DNA from: Leptospira sp.
GTDB taxonomy: Bacteria; Spirochaetota; Leptospiria; Leptospirales; Leptospiraceae
Length of the DNA: 64,000 nucleotides
Assembly: GCA_034439575.1 (NCBI GenBank)
Contig: JAWXAQ010000008.1
Span: 224,001-288,000 of the forward strand
Direction of reading: 5' to 3'
Shown here: in pieces, positions 10,495 to 21,101 of the stretch
How the letters are laid out: each line of letters opens with the position of its first letter
Position numbering within the stretch: the first letter of the stretch is position 1
Position numbers and translations under genes: made by a program
The notes under the pieces: generated by a model
What the model was told of the DNA's origin: nothing
The model's database searches: none
The model's input: only the letters and a program-made list of their open reading frames with translations

Positions 10495-10613
10495 TATTCG
10501 ATCTTTCTTCGGTTGACCAAACTTTGTTTCCATCGGAAGCGTAGCCAAGGATGGCGGAGCGGGGGCATTCGAACACGGATGTGAGAGAGCCCCGAGATGG
10601 GAACGAAGTTTGG
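10495..10613 (-). repeat. Structured repeat element A, copy 4 (inverted; core 10517-10613)
   Basis: Reverse complement closely matches copy 1; both terminal bases changed together (G...C to C...G); tail present at 10495-10507. Confidence 0.92.
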
Positions 10614-10752
10614 TGGGCAAGGGAAGGATATTCGCCTCCCCTTCACTCTGCCATCCTGGCTTCGTTCGCGTAGGCTCGTCGTCGCCTTTTTTGACATCCT
10701 GTCAAAACTTCTCCCTATAGGTCGAAGTCAGGCTCCTCAATTCGAATCCTTC
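10611..10752 (-). repeat. tRNA-Tyr 3'-end-derived structured repeat (RtT-like arrangement)
   Basis: TGGTGGGCAAGGGAAGGAT duplicates the tRNA-Tyr 3' end; TTCGAATCCTTC (10741-10752) is an inverted T-arm segment; internal hairpins. Confidence 0.6.
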
Positions 10753-10799
10753 TAGTCTTTGTTAGTTGGAAAGTTTTTTGTGGTTAAGAAGAAATGGTG

Positions 10800-10882
<83 letters not shown>

Positions 10883-10893
10883 GGGAGAAAAAA

Positions 10894-10968
10894 TGGAGCC
10901 GCCTGAGGGATTTGAACCTCCGACCGGCTGTTTACAAAACAGCTGCTCTACCACTGAGCTAAGGCGGC
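10894..10968 (-). tRNA. tRNA-Thr(TGT)
   Basis: GCCGCCT/AGGCGGC acceptor, GCTGT-TTTGTAA-ACAGC anticodon arm, GGTTCAAATC, encoded CCA. Confidence 0.96.
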
Positions 10969-11053
10969 GTGCTTTTCCACTTTTGTTTGTAATGGTCTGA
11001 GGTCAAATAAAAATTCACTTTGAGTAGAGAGAGGCCCCTTCCACTGTGACCTT

Positions 11054-11443
11054 GTGGCGTTATTTTTAGTAAATGGGTTAATGACTCTCTCTATTCTTTG
11101 TTTTTATTCAGGTTATTATTTCCGTGTTAAAAATAATTCTCTGCACCGAAGGGTAAATACTCTTGGAATCATTTTTAATCTATCTGCGGCTATCTTTCTG
11201 ATTACCGTAAAATATGCGTTTGGTGGAGTTGAGGCTTTTTCTATATTCCCTTCTTTTGATCGAATCTACATTGATATCCATAGGTTATTTGCACTCATCT
11301 CGCTCGTATTAATGCTAGGAATGGCCTATACGGGTTATACAAAGAAAAAGAGGATTCATTTGAAATTGCATTTTGTTTTTTTGCCACTTTATACAATTGT
11401 GTATATCTCCGGTCTATTTTTATTTCAAACATACCCAAACTAA
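11054..11443 (+). CDS. Small 4-TM membrane protein (DUF420-like)
   Basis: Hydrophobic helices with spaced His residues (LHRR, DIHRL, IHLKLH). Confidence 0.6.
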   Translation: MALFLVNGLMTLSILCFYSGYYFRVKNNSLHRRVNTLGIIFNLSAAIFLITVKYAFGGVEAFSIFPSFDRIYIDIHRLFALISLVLMLGMAYTGYTKKKRIHLKLHFVFLPLYTIVYISGLFLFQTYPN

Positions 11444-11452
11444 GGAATCGTT

Positions 11453-12265
11453 ATGAGCGTTATTGAAGAAGCAAAAAAGTTCGCAAAAAATATTCGCATA
11501 CAAGTTATCAAAATGGTAACAGCGGCTAACTCTGGACATCCGGGTGGACCACTTGGACTTGCCGATATTTATGCGGCTCTCTATACAAAAATATTAAAAC
11601 ATGATCCAAAGAACCCAGATTGGGAAGGTCGCGATCGCTTGATTTTATCAAATGGACACGTCTGTGCGGTGCGCTATGCTGCGATGGGACTATCTGGTTA
11701 TTTTCCTGTAGAAGATCTTTTGACATTTCGTAACATAAATTCCTATTTGCAAGGTCATCCTTCAACGCGCTATATGAAAGGCATAGAATCTAGTTCTGGA
11801 TCACTTGGCCAAGGTCTATCTGTTTCCGTAGGACTTGCGTTAGGTGCAAGATTAAAAAACCAAACGCACAAAATTTATACATGTATATCAGATGGTGAAT
11901 GTGGCGAAGGTATGACTTGGGAAGCGGCACAATCTGCAGTTCATTTTAAAGTAGATAATTTAATAGCATTTATGGATAGAAACTTCATTCAAATAGATGG
12001 AAACACAGAAGAAGTGATGAAACTTGAACCTCTTGATCAAAAGTTTAAAATTTTTGGCTGGAATGTGATCAACGCTGACGGACATAATATGGAAGAAATT
12101 TTTTCAGCATTTGAAAAAGCTTCACAACATACAGGAAGCCCTACTTTGATTGTGTTTAAGACAGTTCTTGGTAAAGGTGTGTCATATATGGAAAATAATC
12201 CAAAATGGCATGGAACACCACCAAACAAAGAACAGGAAGCCTTAGCACTCGCAGAATTATCTTAA
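11453..12265 (+). CDS. Transketolase, N-terminal (TPP-binding) subunit
   Basis: [40 protein letters not shown]. Confidence 0.95.
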   Translation: MSVIEEAKKFAKNIRIQVIKMVTAANSGHPGGPLGLADIYAALYTKILKHDPKNPDWEGRDRLILSNGHVCAVRYAAMGLSGYFPVEDLLTFRNINSYLQGHPSTRYMKGIESSSGSLGQGLSVSVGLALGARLKNQTHKIYTCISDGECGEGMTWEAAQSAVHFKVDNLIAFMDRNFIQIDGNTEEVMKLEPLDQKFKIFGWNVINADGHNMEEIFSAFEKASQHTGSPTLIVFKTVLGKGVSYMENNPKWHGTPPNKEQEALALAELS

Positions 12266-12314
12266 ATTAGAATTCTTCGATTGACATTCAAAATAGTTTT
12301 TAAAATATTCTTGC

Positions 12315-13208
12315 ATGGCATTTGGATCGTATCCCAACTTTTCATCGGAAGACATAACTAGATTATTATATGATTGGGAAATTGCACCACCAGAGAAGAA
12401 GCGATTCTTATTAAAACTTATCGCTTCACGTATCCCTTGGCAATTATCGATTGAACAAGCTACCGAAGAAGTAAAAGATCCTTTGTTACGTGTGATGGCA
12501 AGGAACGTTTCACCTGAAATTTTTCGCCATCGCATTCGCCATAGTTTTTTTAAACTTACCTTGCGCGGAAATTCAGGACATTACAAAGATTTAGAAGAGT
12601 CTGTTGTTCAATTATCAAGCATTGGTTTTCCTGATCAAAAATATTCTGAGATTAAAAAAGAGTTAGATCGTTTAGCACTGCGTGTCTCTGAATTGTTTGA
12701 TGAACATGAAGGCCATCTTTCCGAAGAAATGAAGGTTCAAATATTATGCCAAGTCCTTTACCAAGAAGAAGGTTTTGTCGGCAACTTACAAAACTATAAC
12801 GATCCTTCAAATTCGTATCTATACCATGTATTAAAAAGTAGGCTAGGCATTCCGATTTCACTTTCCGTAGTGTATTTGTTAGTTGCTCAAAGATTGGGCT
12901 TACCATTGTACGGAACAAATTTGCCATTACACTTTTTATTGCAATACGAATCAGACACATACTTCACTTATATAGATCCCTTTCATGGCGGAGTGTTGTT
13001 GGATAGGTTCACTTGTGAAAAATTTTTGGAAGCGAATGGGTATCCCATTTCTCCTAAATATTTTACAAAGGCATCCACACTTTCTATGATCAAAAGAATG
13101 TGCCGTAATTTAATCCATATTTACCGAGAGAAGTCTTCCAAAGAATTGGAAGCCCAAATCAGTGAACAACTATCTATCTTAGAGAGTCGATCCACGCACG
13201 CCGAGTAA
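12315..13208 (+). CDS. SirB1/transglutaminase-like protein
   Basis: GFVGNLQNYNDPSNSYL..VL..RLGIPISLSVVY...NLPLHF...IDPF. Confidence 0.88.
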   Translation: MAFGSYPNFSSEDITRLLYDWEIAPPEKKRFLLKLIASRIPWQLSIEQATEEVKDPLLRVMARNVSPEIFRHRIRHSFFKLTLRGNSGHYKDLEESVVQLSSIGFPDQKYSEIKKELDRLALRVSELFDEHEGHLSEEMKVQILCQVLYQEEGFVGNLQNYNDPSNSYLYHVLKSRLGIPISLSVVYLLVAQRLGLPLYGTNLPLHFLLQYESDTYFTYIDPFHGGVLLDRFTCEKFLEANGYPISPKYFTKASTLSMIKRMCRNLIHIYREKSSKELEAQISEQLSILESRSTHAE

Positions 13209-13210
13209 AC

Positions 13211-14164
13211 ATGCCCTCAAATCTTTCCCTTTCCAAAATACAGCGAAATTTTGATTCAAAATTAGACAAAATTATTGGAGAGGATCTCAAAATTCTCAAG
13301 ATCATCAAAAGATTTGTGATTGAGTCTGGAGGCAAACGCATTCGCCCGATGACTCATTATTTATTTTGTCAGATGTTAGGTTATAAGGGAAATTTATGGC
13401 AAGAGGTGGGAGCCGTATCTGAACTGATTCATTCGGCTTCTTTGTTACACGATGATGTGGTCGACAATGCGAGTCTCAGACGTGGTAAACCAACTGTTGG
13501 CTACCAATTCGGAAATAAAACGGCAATCCTTTCTGGTGATTTTCTTTTGGCATGTGGCATTGAAAGGTTGAATTCCTTAAATCAACCAAATATCATGCAT
13601 ATTTTTTCCAGGGTTCTTCGCGATTTAAGTGTGAGTGAACTTTTACAAATGGAATGGGAAAAGAACCCAAAAATCACATTAAAAATTTATGATTCTATCA
13701 TATACGGAAAAACAGCTTCTCTTTTCGGAGCTTGCACAGAAAGTGCAGGATTACTTTCAGGTTTGGATCCAAAACAATGTAAGGCACTATCTGAATTTGG
13801 TGTTAGGTTAGGAAAACTTTTTCAGAAGAAAGATGATTGTTTAGATTATTTTTATACAAGCAATGAAAGTGGAAAAGAATTTCTGAAAGATTTTAAAAAT
13901 GGTCTTTATACCTATCCGATTCTGATACTTAAAGAAAAGGTCGGATCAAAGGTTAAAAAAGAAATCGACATATTGGTTTCAAAAGATACAAAATCCGAAA
14001 AAGACTGTGAAGCTATCATTTCACTTCTTAATGCATTTGGAATCGAAGAAATTTTAACTGAAGAATTTAAAAAGGAAAATGTATACTTCCAAAAAGTATT
14101 AAGTCAATTTGAAGATTCCGAATATAAAAATCTATTTAAATCTCAATTAGAAAAGTTAATATAA
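13211..14164 (+). CDS. Polyprenyl diphosphate synthase
   Basis: GGKRIRP, LLHDDVVD..LRRG, GKTASLF, FQKKDD. Confidence 0.93.
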   Translation: MPSNLSLSKIQRNFDSKLDKIIGEDLKILKIIKRFVIESGGKRIRPMTHYLFCQMLGYKGNLWQEVGAVSELIHSASLLHDDVVDNASLRRGKPTVGYQFGNKTAILSGDFLLACGIERLNSLNQPNIMHIFSRVLRDLSVSELLQMEWEKNPKITLKIYDSIIYGKTASLFGACTESAGLLSGLDPKQCKALSEFGVRLGKLFQKKDDCLDYFYTSNESGKEFLKDFKNGLYTYPILILKEKVGSKVKKEIDILVSKDTKSEKDCEAIISLLNAFGIEEILTEEFKKENVYFQKVLSQFEDSEYKNLFKSQLEKLI

Positions 14165-14215
14165 TTCAATTAATGTGTATTTGATTTTTGTTTTTATCTA
14201 AATCATCTGACTAAA

Positions 14216-15460
14216 CTAAGTTAGGTGGTCTAAAAATTTCAATACTGGCAAACAAATGATAAATTCTGTTTTTCCAGCTTCAGATTCTACTTTTATTTCT
14301 CCTTTATGTTTTTGAATGATAGATTTCGTTAGATCCAAACCCATTCCCGATCCTTCACCTAAACTTTTTGTCGTAAATTCTGGATCAAAGATTCTTTTTT
14401 GAATTTCATTGGGAATGCCTGGTCCATTATCTATCAATCGAATCTCGATTGAGTGCGCCTCTTTTCTTTGGATATTAATTATGATATTCCCTTTGAAATT
14501 CATAGCTTGCAATGCATTTAACAATATGTTTGTCCAAACTTGGTAAAGTTCTTCAGGCGAACCGAATAACAAGGCATCACTGAGATACGTTTTTTTTAAA
14601 GATACTTTGCCTTTCATTTGGTATTGATAAATCATAAGTACAGTTTCAATGTTCTCGATAAGTTTGAATTGGATTTCTTCTCTATCTTTGTCAGTGCTCC
14701 GAGAAAATTTTTTCAAAGCATGTAACATACTTGCGGCTCTATCAACAGCAATGCGTATGATGGAGAGGTGTTGTCCTAAGTTTCGTAGTGAAAGTATATA
14801 ATCTTTTATATGTGGGTTTTTGTGGGAGAGTATAGAGAGATCGTTTTTATCTAAATTTTGTAATCCCACATCCATTAATTTTTCTAATTCTTCATCATCA
14901 CATTCATAAGAATTTTCATTTAAAAAGGTTTTTAATCTTTTTTTGTTTTCTTTTCTTTCCGTATAACTAGAAACAGTTGAGAATTCATTGGATTTTGAAA
15001 TAGTATGAATCAATTGTTTCATTTCTGATTGATTTAGAGATTGAAATATGGATTTTGATTTTTCCATTTCGCTTATTTCTTTTTCAGAAATTTCGCTGAT
15101 TGTATCACTCGATGCTTTGATCGCACTGATCGGATTATTCAATTCATGAGCAATGCCAGCAAATAATTTTCCTATGCCGGCCATCTTTTTTGAATAAATT
15201 AGCGCGGATTTAATTTCACGAATCTGTAACAACGAATTGTCGAGTTCTTCGTTGGTTTTTTTAAGTTCGTTACTCTGTTGTAGATTGTTTTCTTCTAATT
15301 CTTTGATTTGTTTCAGAAGGAACTTTTCCTTCTCATTATTTTTTTTTAAAAAGTAAATTCTTAAAAAAATAAAAATGAATGTCGAAACTAAACTAACTGA
15401 AAGAATAAATAAAAGTAAAAATTTTAAATTAAGTTCACTGAGGCACAATATTTGGGGCAT
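14216..15460 (-). CDS. Sensor histidine kinase (NtrB-like), short N-terminal TM
   Basis: AGIAHELNNP, QVWTNILLNA, DNGPGI, FTTK..GSGMGL. Confidence 0.92.
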   Translation of the reverse strand: MPQILCLSELNLKFLLLFILSVSLVSTFIFIFLRIYFLKKNNEKEKFLLKQIKELEENNLQQSNELKKTNEELDNSLLQIREIKSALIYSKKMAGIGKLFAGIAHELNNPISAIKASSDTISEISEKEISEMEKSKSIFQSLNQSEMKQLIHTISKSNEFSTVSSYTERKENKKRLKTFLNENSYECDDEELEKLMDVGLQNLDKNDLSILSHKNPHIKDYILSLRNLGQHLSIIRIAVDRAASMLHALKKFSRSTDKDREEIQFKLIENIETVLMIYQYQMKGKVSLKKTYLSDALLFGSPEELYQVWTNILLNALQAMNFKGNIIINIQRKEAHSIEIRLIDNGPGIPNEIQKRIFDPEFTTKSLGEGSGMGLDLTKSIIQKHKGEIKVESEAGKTEFIICLPVLKFLDHLT

Positions 15461-16151
15461 TACAATTCAAAGTTCCCTTGATATTTACAGCCGCCGAACC
15501 AGTGGACGTTGAAGACTGGATCAAACAAGTTTTGTTATCCGAAGTAAAACATTGAGTAGCTGAAGCTCCAGATGTACAGTTCACACCATCCAATGTGTTA
15601 CATGAATTTAAATTAGTAGATGAGGCACCCGAAGTATAAGTACCTAACAAGTTTACTTCGATATTAAAAAATGACAATGTTTGTTGGCCTGTGACACCTT
15701 GGTCTACGTTGACTCCCTGGTTAAACCATTTGACAGTTCCTTGTGAACCACTCACTGTATTTGCGAATGAGCCCCCAGAAAGTATAAATCCTTGTTGAGG
15801 ATCTATACGTCCTTGGGTTTGCGTCACATCATAAATAAAACGAATGTTTAATGTTTCTTTGGTCTTCATCACCATTTGAGAAAAGATCGAGAAACGAGTG
15901 TTTGTGCCGGAAGTTGTGCCAGTTGCCGGCGCTGGTGTAGTTTGGCCTGGTGTCGTAGTTGTTGATGCAGTGGCAGGGCTTGCCGTTCCGCAACTTGTTG
16001 TTACTGTGGAGTCAATCTCACCCAAAAAGAAAAGAGCAGGTTCATTATTTAAGGTACCAAGAATGGTTAAGTCTGCTTTATTTTGATTTTTCTTAGAGCA
16101 AACAGGTAAAAAAAGTATTATAACAAAAAATAGAAGGTATCGTAGAACCAT
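15435..16151 (-). CDS. Leptospira-type lipoprotein, Thr/Ser/Cys-rich
   Basis: Spirochaetal lipobox-like FLPVC; Thr/Pro-rich linker; C-terminal Cys cluster. Confidence 0.7.
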   Translation of the reverse strand: MVLRYLLFFVIILFLPVCSKKNQNKADLTILGTLNNEPALFFLGEIDSTVTTSCGTASPATASTTTTPGQTTPAPATGTTSGTNTRFSIFSQMVMKTKETLNIRFIYDVTQTQGRIDPQQGFILSGGSFANTVSGSQGTVKWFNQGVNVDQGVTGQQTLSFFNIEVNLLGTYTSGASSTNLNSCNTLDGVNCTSGASATQCFTSDNKTCLIQSSTSTGSAAVNIKGTLNCNAPNIVPQ

Positions 16152-16168
16152 ACTCTACTTAAGATACT

Positions 16169-18082
16169 ATGATATTTCGATCGGTCAAGACCATTCCAAG
16201 GCATAGAAATGATTTTTCCTTGGTAAAAATTGGGAACCTTTTGAGACTGGGATTGGTGTTTTATTTTTCCAAGTTCAGATCCTATCTCAGTGTCCAAGGA
16301 CCCAGATCCATTTATGTCTACTCCCTCCTAATAGGCCTTTTATCAGGCTTTGGTGCCTATGGATTTAATTTTTTACTTTCTTTTGCGGAAAGCATCACCT
16401 TCTCTACGTTAGTTGGCTATGATCCAGGTGTGCCAGCCGGAGATGAATTTTTTACATTTAATTTTTCTACTAGAACGATCAGTTATTTTTGGATTTTTTT
16501 TCTGCCCGTTCTAGGTGGTCTTTTTTCCGGGATTGTCGTTTATAAATTTTGCCCTGAGGCAGCTGGTGGTGGAACCGATGCTTTGATCAAAGCCTTTCAC
16601 TTTAACGAAGGTAAGATCCCAAAAGAACTCCCTTTTTATAAAGCCATCGCTACAATTATAACACTCGGAAGTGGGGGTTCTGGGGGAAAAGAAGGGCCAA
16701 CCGCACATATCGGTGCTGGATTTGGTTCCATGTTAGGTTCTATGTTAGGTGTTGGGGCAAGGGCAAGACGAACTTTGATGCTTGCAGGGACTGCTGGGGG
16801 ACTAGGAGCCATTTTTCGAGCCCCCCTTGGTGGCGCTTTGACGGCTGTTGAAATGGTGTACAAAGAGGACATTGAAAGTGATTCTCTTGTGCCTTGTATT
16901 TTATCTTCTGTTTCTGCTTACTTGACTTTTTCAAGTTTAGCAGGAAGTGGATCAGTTTTTGATGTCGCCGAATATAGTTTAAATGATTACAGGCATATTC
17001 CATTCTATATCATACTTGGATTGTTGTGTTTTGTAGTGGGATATTTATTTGTAAGCACGTATCATTTTATTAAAGAATTATTTTCTAATTTAAAAATTCC
17101 AAACTATCTCAAACCGGCGATAGGTGGAGTAGTTGTGGGAATCGTAGCATTGTTTTTTCCAGAAGTTTTTGGTTCGGGATTTGGACTTTTGCAAAAAATA
17201 GTAAATGGTGAAAAAATTCAATCATACCACTTTAATTTAAATGGCCCCTTGTTTTTTCTATCTATCGCTTTATTTAAAATAGTTTCCACTTCTTTTACGG
17301 TAGGCTCTGGCAGTTCGGCAGGTTTACTCGGGCCTTCTTTTTTTATCGGTGGAATGTTAGGCGGCTTTGTTGGCTCTTTGGCTCAAATTTTGTTCCCCGA
17401 ACTAAATGTAATGATTTTCCCATTTATGTTAGTTGGTATGGGATCATTTTTTGCGGGCGTGGCTAGAGCGCCTATCGCTGGTATGATTATGGTTTGTGAT
17501 ATGATCGGTAGTTATGAATTATTACCACCACTTATGATTGTCGCTGTCATTGCTGCAATTTTATCAAATCGAATTTCAATATATAAACATCAAGTTTTGA
17601 ATCGTTTCCAATCACCATCACATCATTGGGATATGAACCAAGATATTATGGATCGGATTACTATATCGAAACATTTTAAAGAATTCCGAAAATTTGCCAT
17701 TGTAAATGAAGGAACTTTACTTACTGAACTGCAGTCAAAGGCTCCTGGCATCCAAGCAAGTGATTTTGTTATGATTCAGTCTGACAATCGTTACAAGGGA
17801 ATTGTTTCATTGCGAAAAAATCGCATTTTGCCAGAATACGAAGAACATTTAGCTAAACTTATTACTTGTGATGAAATTTGTGAAGAAGTACCTGCAGTGA
17901 TGCCAGAAGATACTCTCGGAAAAGGGCTTCGTTTGATGTTACAGTATGATGTAGACAAATTGGCCGTCATAGGCCCTGACAAAGATTGTTTAGGGTATCT
18001 TCGTTACATCGATTTTTTCAATGCTTACCAATCTGAAATAAAATTATATTCTAGAAAAAGTAACGAAGGTGAGAACGACTAA
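16169..18082 (+). CDS. ClC chloride channel/H+ antiporter with CBS domains
   Basis: GGSGGKEGP, AGLLGPSFFIG, many TMs, C-terminal CBS-like region; true start may be later. Confidence 0.92.
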   Translation: MIFRSVKTIPRHRNDFSLVKIGNLLRLGLVFYFSKFRSYLSVQGPRSIYVYSLLIGLLSGFGAYGFNFLLSFAESITFSTLVGYDPGVPAGDEFFTFNFSTRTISYFWIFFLPVLGGLFSGIVVYKFCPEAAGGGTDALIKAFHFNEGKIPKELPFYKAIATIITLGSGGSGGKEGPTAHIGAGFGSMLGSMLGVGARARRTLMLAGTAGGLGAIFRAPLGGALTAVEMVYKEDIESDSLVPCILSSVSAYLTFSSLAGSGSVFDVAEYSLNDYRHIPFYIILGLLCFVVGYLFVSTYHFIKELFSNLKIPNYLKPAIGGVVVGIVALFFPEVFGSGFGLLQKIVNGEKIQSYHFNLNGPLFFLSIALFKIVSTSFTVGSGSSAGLLGPSFFIGGMLGGFVGSLAQILFPELNVMIFPFMLVGMGSFFAGVARAPIAGMIMVCDMIGSYELLPPLMIVAVIAAILSNRISIYKHQVLNRFQSPSHHWDMNQDIMDRITISKHFKEFRKFAIVNEGTLLTELQSKAPGIQASDFVMIQSDNRYKGIVSLRKNRILPEYEEHLAKLITCDEICEEVPAVMPEDTLGKGLRLMLQYDVDKLAVIGPDKDCLGYLRYIDFFNAYQSEIKLYSRKSNEGEND

Positions 18083-18116
18083 AAAAAGCCCAAGGGAATT
18101 CTCCCATGAGCTTTTT
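18081..18116. terminator. Bidirectional intrinsic terminator between convergent genes
   Basis: AAAAAAAGCCCAAGGGAATTCTCCCATGAGCTTTTT imperfect hairpin with A and T tails. Confidence 0.6.
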
Positions 18117-18137
18117 AAAAATCCAAAGATAGAAAAA

Positions 18138-18662
18138 CTATTTTACGAGAACTGGTTTTTCAGAGGCAAAAACGGTTCGATCCAGATAGATCATGGAACC
18201 AAAGAGAACACCTGTGTAAAGTAGATCAGAAGCTAGAGAATTTTGGAAAAACGGGATCGCTTGTGTAAAACAAAAAACTAAACCTTGAAAGTCCAGGCTA
18301 TACATACCTGAGGTCAACCAAACAGCAAAGTTTGTAATGATAAAAAAGAAAACTGAACTAGCGAGTGTTAAAGTAAAAGTGCGTCCAATTTTTGGTGAAC
18401 TAGAAAGTTTCGCACCGAGAAATACGAAGAGAGCCATGCTCAAATAAATCACAGGCATTAGCGCATGAAAACCGATTACCAAATCGGAAAGTAACATCGC
18501 AACCAAAGGGACGGCGTATGCGAATTTTTTATCCAAGAGATAAGCTCCCGAAAAGAGAGACACAGCAAGGATAGGATTGAAATTTGGTGGATGAGGAAGA
18601 ATTCGGCTCGCGACAGCGACTAAAACCATCAGAATTGCGGTAAGGATACGAGATTGGGACAT
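18138..18662 (-). CDS. DUF6580-like putative transport membrane protein
   Basis: SRILPHPPNFNP, LLSDL, FFIITNFAVW, IPFFQNS. Confidence 0.75.
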   Translation of the reverse strand: MSQSRILTAILMVLVAVASRILPHPPNFNPILAVSLFSGAYLLDKKFAYAVPLVAMLLSDLVIGFHALMPVIYLSMALFVFLGAKLSSSPKIGRTFTLTLASSVFFFIITNFAVWLTSGMYSLDFQGLVFCFTQAIPFFQNSLASDLLYTGVLFGSMIYLDRTVFASEKPVLVK

Positions 18663-18748
18663 AGGATTAGAATTTTAGCCAGTGAGTTTTACGACAAGAT
18701 AAAAATTCGGTTTGCGAGGCTGGACCTAGACTAAATCTTCACAAGTAC

Positions 18749-19615
18749 ATGTTGCCACCCCATTTTTCTAGCCCCATACAAAATCTACTCCAATTGACAA
18801 AAGACCTTCGTAGTCCAGAGGGTTGCCCTTGGGATAAAGAACAAAATCACAAATCGGTCATTCCTCACCTTTTGGAAGAAGTCTATGAAGTCGTTGATAC
18901 TATAGAAAAGGAAGACGATCCACATTTTCGTGAGGAACTTGGTGACCTCCTGTTCCAAATCGTATTTCATTGTCAGTTGGCGAGCGAACGAGGAGCCTTT
19001 GATTGGGAAGATGTCACAGAGGAAGTTTTTCAGAAACTAGTAAGGCGTCATCCACATGTGTATACCGATCAAACTTCACTAAAAAACTCTGGCGAGGTTC
19101 TAAATCAGTGGGATGAAATCAAAAAAAAAGAAAAGGAAAATAAATTTGGCAAAGATAGTTCGCCTAATTCGTTCCAATCGATCTTAGCGGATATCCCACT
19201 GGCACTGCCCGCAATCCAAAGATCAGAAAAAATTCAATCTAAGGTCTCCAAACAAGGGTTTGATTGGGATCATCCATTAGATTTATTTACTAAATTGAAA
19301 GAAGAAATAAAGGAATTAGAAGAAGCAATCGGCCCATCACCAAATATAATTGGAAAAAAAATAGAATACAATGAGCATATTGAAGAGGAGTTAGGTGATA
19401 TATTTTTCCTTCTTGTCAATCTTTCTCGGAAACTTTCTTTAGATCCCGAAACAACTCTACGTAAGGCAAACCAAAAATTTGAAAGTAGATTTAAAATCGT
19501 GGAAGAAATTCTTTTCCTAAAAGGGGAAGATATGAAGACTAAAACATTGAGTGAACTTGATGTACATTGGGCGGAAGCAAAAATTAAATTAAAAAAGTCT
19601 AAGGAAGTTTCTTAA
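18749..19615 (+). CDS. mazG: Nucleoside triphosphate pyrophosphohydrolase MazG
   Basis: LRSPEGCPWDKEQ, EELGDLL, KLVRRHPHV, second EELGD. Confidence 0.95.
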   Translation: MLPPHFSSPIQNLLQLTKDLRSPEGCPWDKEQNHKSVIPHLLEEVYEVVDTIEKEDDPHFREELGDLLFQIVFHCQLASERGAFDWEDVTEEVFQKLVRRHPHVYTDQTSLKNSGEVLNQWDEIKKKEKENKFGKDSSPNSFQSILADIPLALPAIQRSEKIQSKVSKQGFDWDHPLDLFTKLKEEIKELEEAIGPSPNIIGKKIEYNEHIEEELGDIFFLLVNLSRKLSLDPETTLRKANQKFESRFKIVEEILFLKGEDMKTKTLSELDVHWAEAKIKLKKSKEVS

Positions 19616-21101
19616 GTCTTATTTCTAAGGGTTCAAACGATGATGTAGCTTTGGTTTTTTGTTGCATAGGTAAATATCCATCAGAACTGAATGTGATGTT
19701 TCCCAGCATTTCACTTGTGTAATACGAATAATAAATGCCAGTCGTGGGATGATTTTGCCTAGTTTCCCCTTGGAAAAATTTATGGTTTTCTAATTGGACA
19801 TTTGCCTTTATCGGATTACCTTCTTCATCTAAAATCCGATACAAAAGTTTTTTACCGAAACTTATTTCGTCAAGAAGGCGCAACCATACGATTCTATAAT
19901 TTTCTATAATTTTTCCTACATGTTTATATTCGGGATTAAAATGTGATGTTTCAAAAATATAAGCCAAGGTTCCATATTTAAAATAATAAAAATCTTGGTC
20001 TACGCCATCCACAGGATAAATATTTTTTCTAAATTTAAATGGTTTATTTGAATTTGTGCTTCGAATAAATCTTGTTAGTTTGCGTCCAAATTCTTTTGCC
20101 AGATCGGGCTCTGGATTTTGAAATCCTTCAATAGAGTAGGGATAAAGAAGACTATTAGCAAATGCATGAAAGCTAATGGATGCTACAAAATTTTCTCTTT
20201 CAAAAAGATGAATCAAGGCTTGTGTTTCAAGTTCTGATCCTTCATGAAGTCCCCTAAAATATGGGCTATCCTTTTTATCTGAGCTGTATTCGCTTCCCGA
20301 TTTGCCCCAGTGAATGGGAAAATTTCTATTTAGATCGACTCCTAGATTTGGTAAGGTGGAATCATTTTTTCTACCTAATAAATGAGATTGATTCCAAAAT
20401 GCATCCGAACCTTCAGGATTCACAATGGGTATGATCCAAATATTTAATTTATTCAAATAGCGTTCGGTATATTTTTGATTTTCGAGTAAAGTATGAATGA
20501 TATCATAACAATGGTCAGTTGATATAACTTCATTTGCGTGCATGGCGCAAGAAAAAAGAATGGAAACTTTTTGGTTCTCATTAAAATTTTTCTTTGTTAT
20601 TTTTAATGCTAAGATGGGATGTTTATTTTTGGTTTTTCCAATTTCTTCTAAGCTTGCTAACATTGGAAAGGATGCTACGATTTGATTTAAATATTTGGTA
20701 TTCAGGAGGTTATCTTTATACCCGGATTTTAAATTTGTAAGATCAAAGTTTAAATTACTTAATTGTTCTGGATGACTGCCATCAAAAAATTTGAAACCCA
20801 CATTACTTATATTGATTTTAATATAATCAAAAGTTTCATTTATGGATTCCCATTCAGATTTACTTAAAGGAATAAATACATTCCCATTTTGAATATACGG
20901 TTTAGAATATTTTTTGTTCGTCCGAATTTGAAAATCTTCCCATTTTGACAAAGGGATTGAAATTAATACCCAGTGGTTTTTGTCACCGAGAGGTGCAATT
21001 GGTATATTGAATTGAAAATCAAAGGTAAGGCAATGGGAAATAAAAAAGCTAATGCAAGTTAATGTCAGTAATTTATATAAACCTTTGGCCAATGATTTCA
21101 T
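19599..21101 (-). CDS. M14 zinc carboxypeptidase
   Basis: HANE, NPEG, GRKN, GVDLNRNF, SFHAF; likely start MKSLAKG at 21101 rather than 21275. Confidence 0.88.
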   Translation of the reverse strand: MKSLAKGLYKLLTLTCISFFISHCLTFDFQFNIPIAPLGDKNHWVLISIPLSKWEDFQIRTNKKYSKPYIQNGNVFIPLSKSEWESINETFDYIKINISNVGFKFFDGSHPEQLSNLNFDLTNLKSGYKDNLLNTKYLNQIVASFPMLASLEEIGKTKNKHPILALKITKKNFNENQKVSILFSCAMHANEVISTDHCYDIIHTLLENQKYTERYLNKLNIWIIPIVNPEGSDAFWNQSHLLGRKNDSTLPNLGVDLNRNFPIHWGKSGSEYSSDKKDSPYFRGLHEGSELETQALIHLFERENFVASISFHAFANSLLYPYSIEGFQNPEPDLAKEFGRKLTRFIRSTNSNKPFKFRKNIYPVDGVDQDFYYFKYGTLAYIFETSHFNPEYKHVGKIIENYRIVWLRLLDEISFGKKLLYRILDEEGNPIKANVQLENHKFFQGETRQNHPTTGIYYSYYTSEMLGNITFSSDGYLPMQQKTKATSSFEPLEIRLKKLP

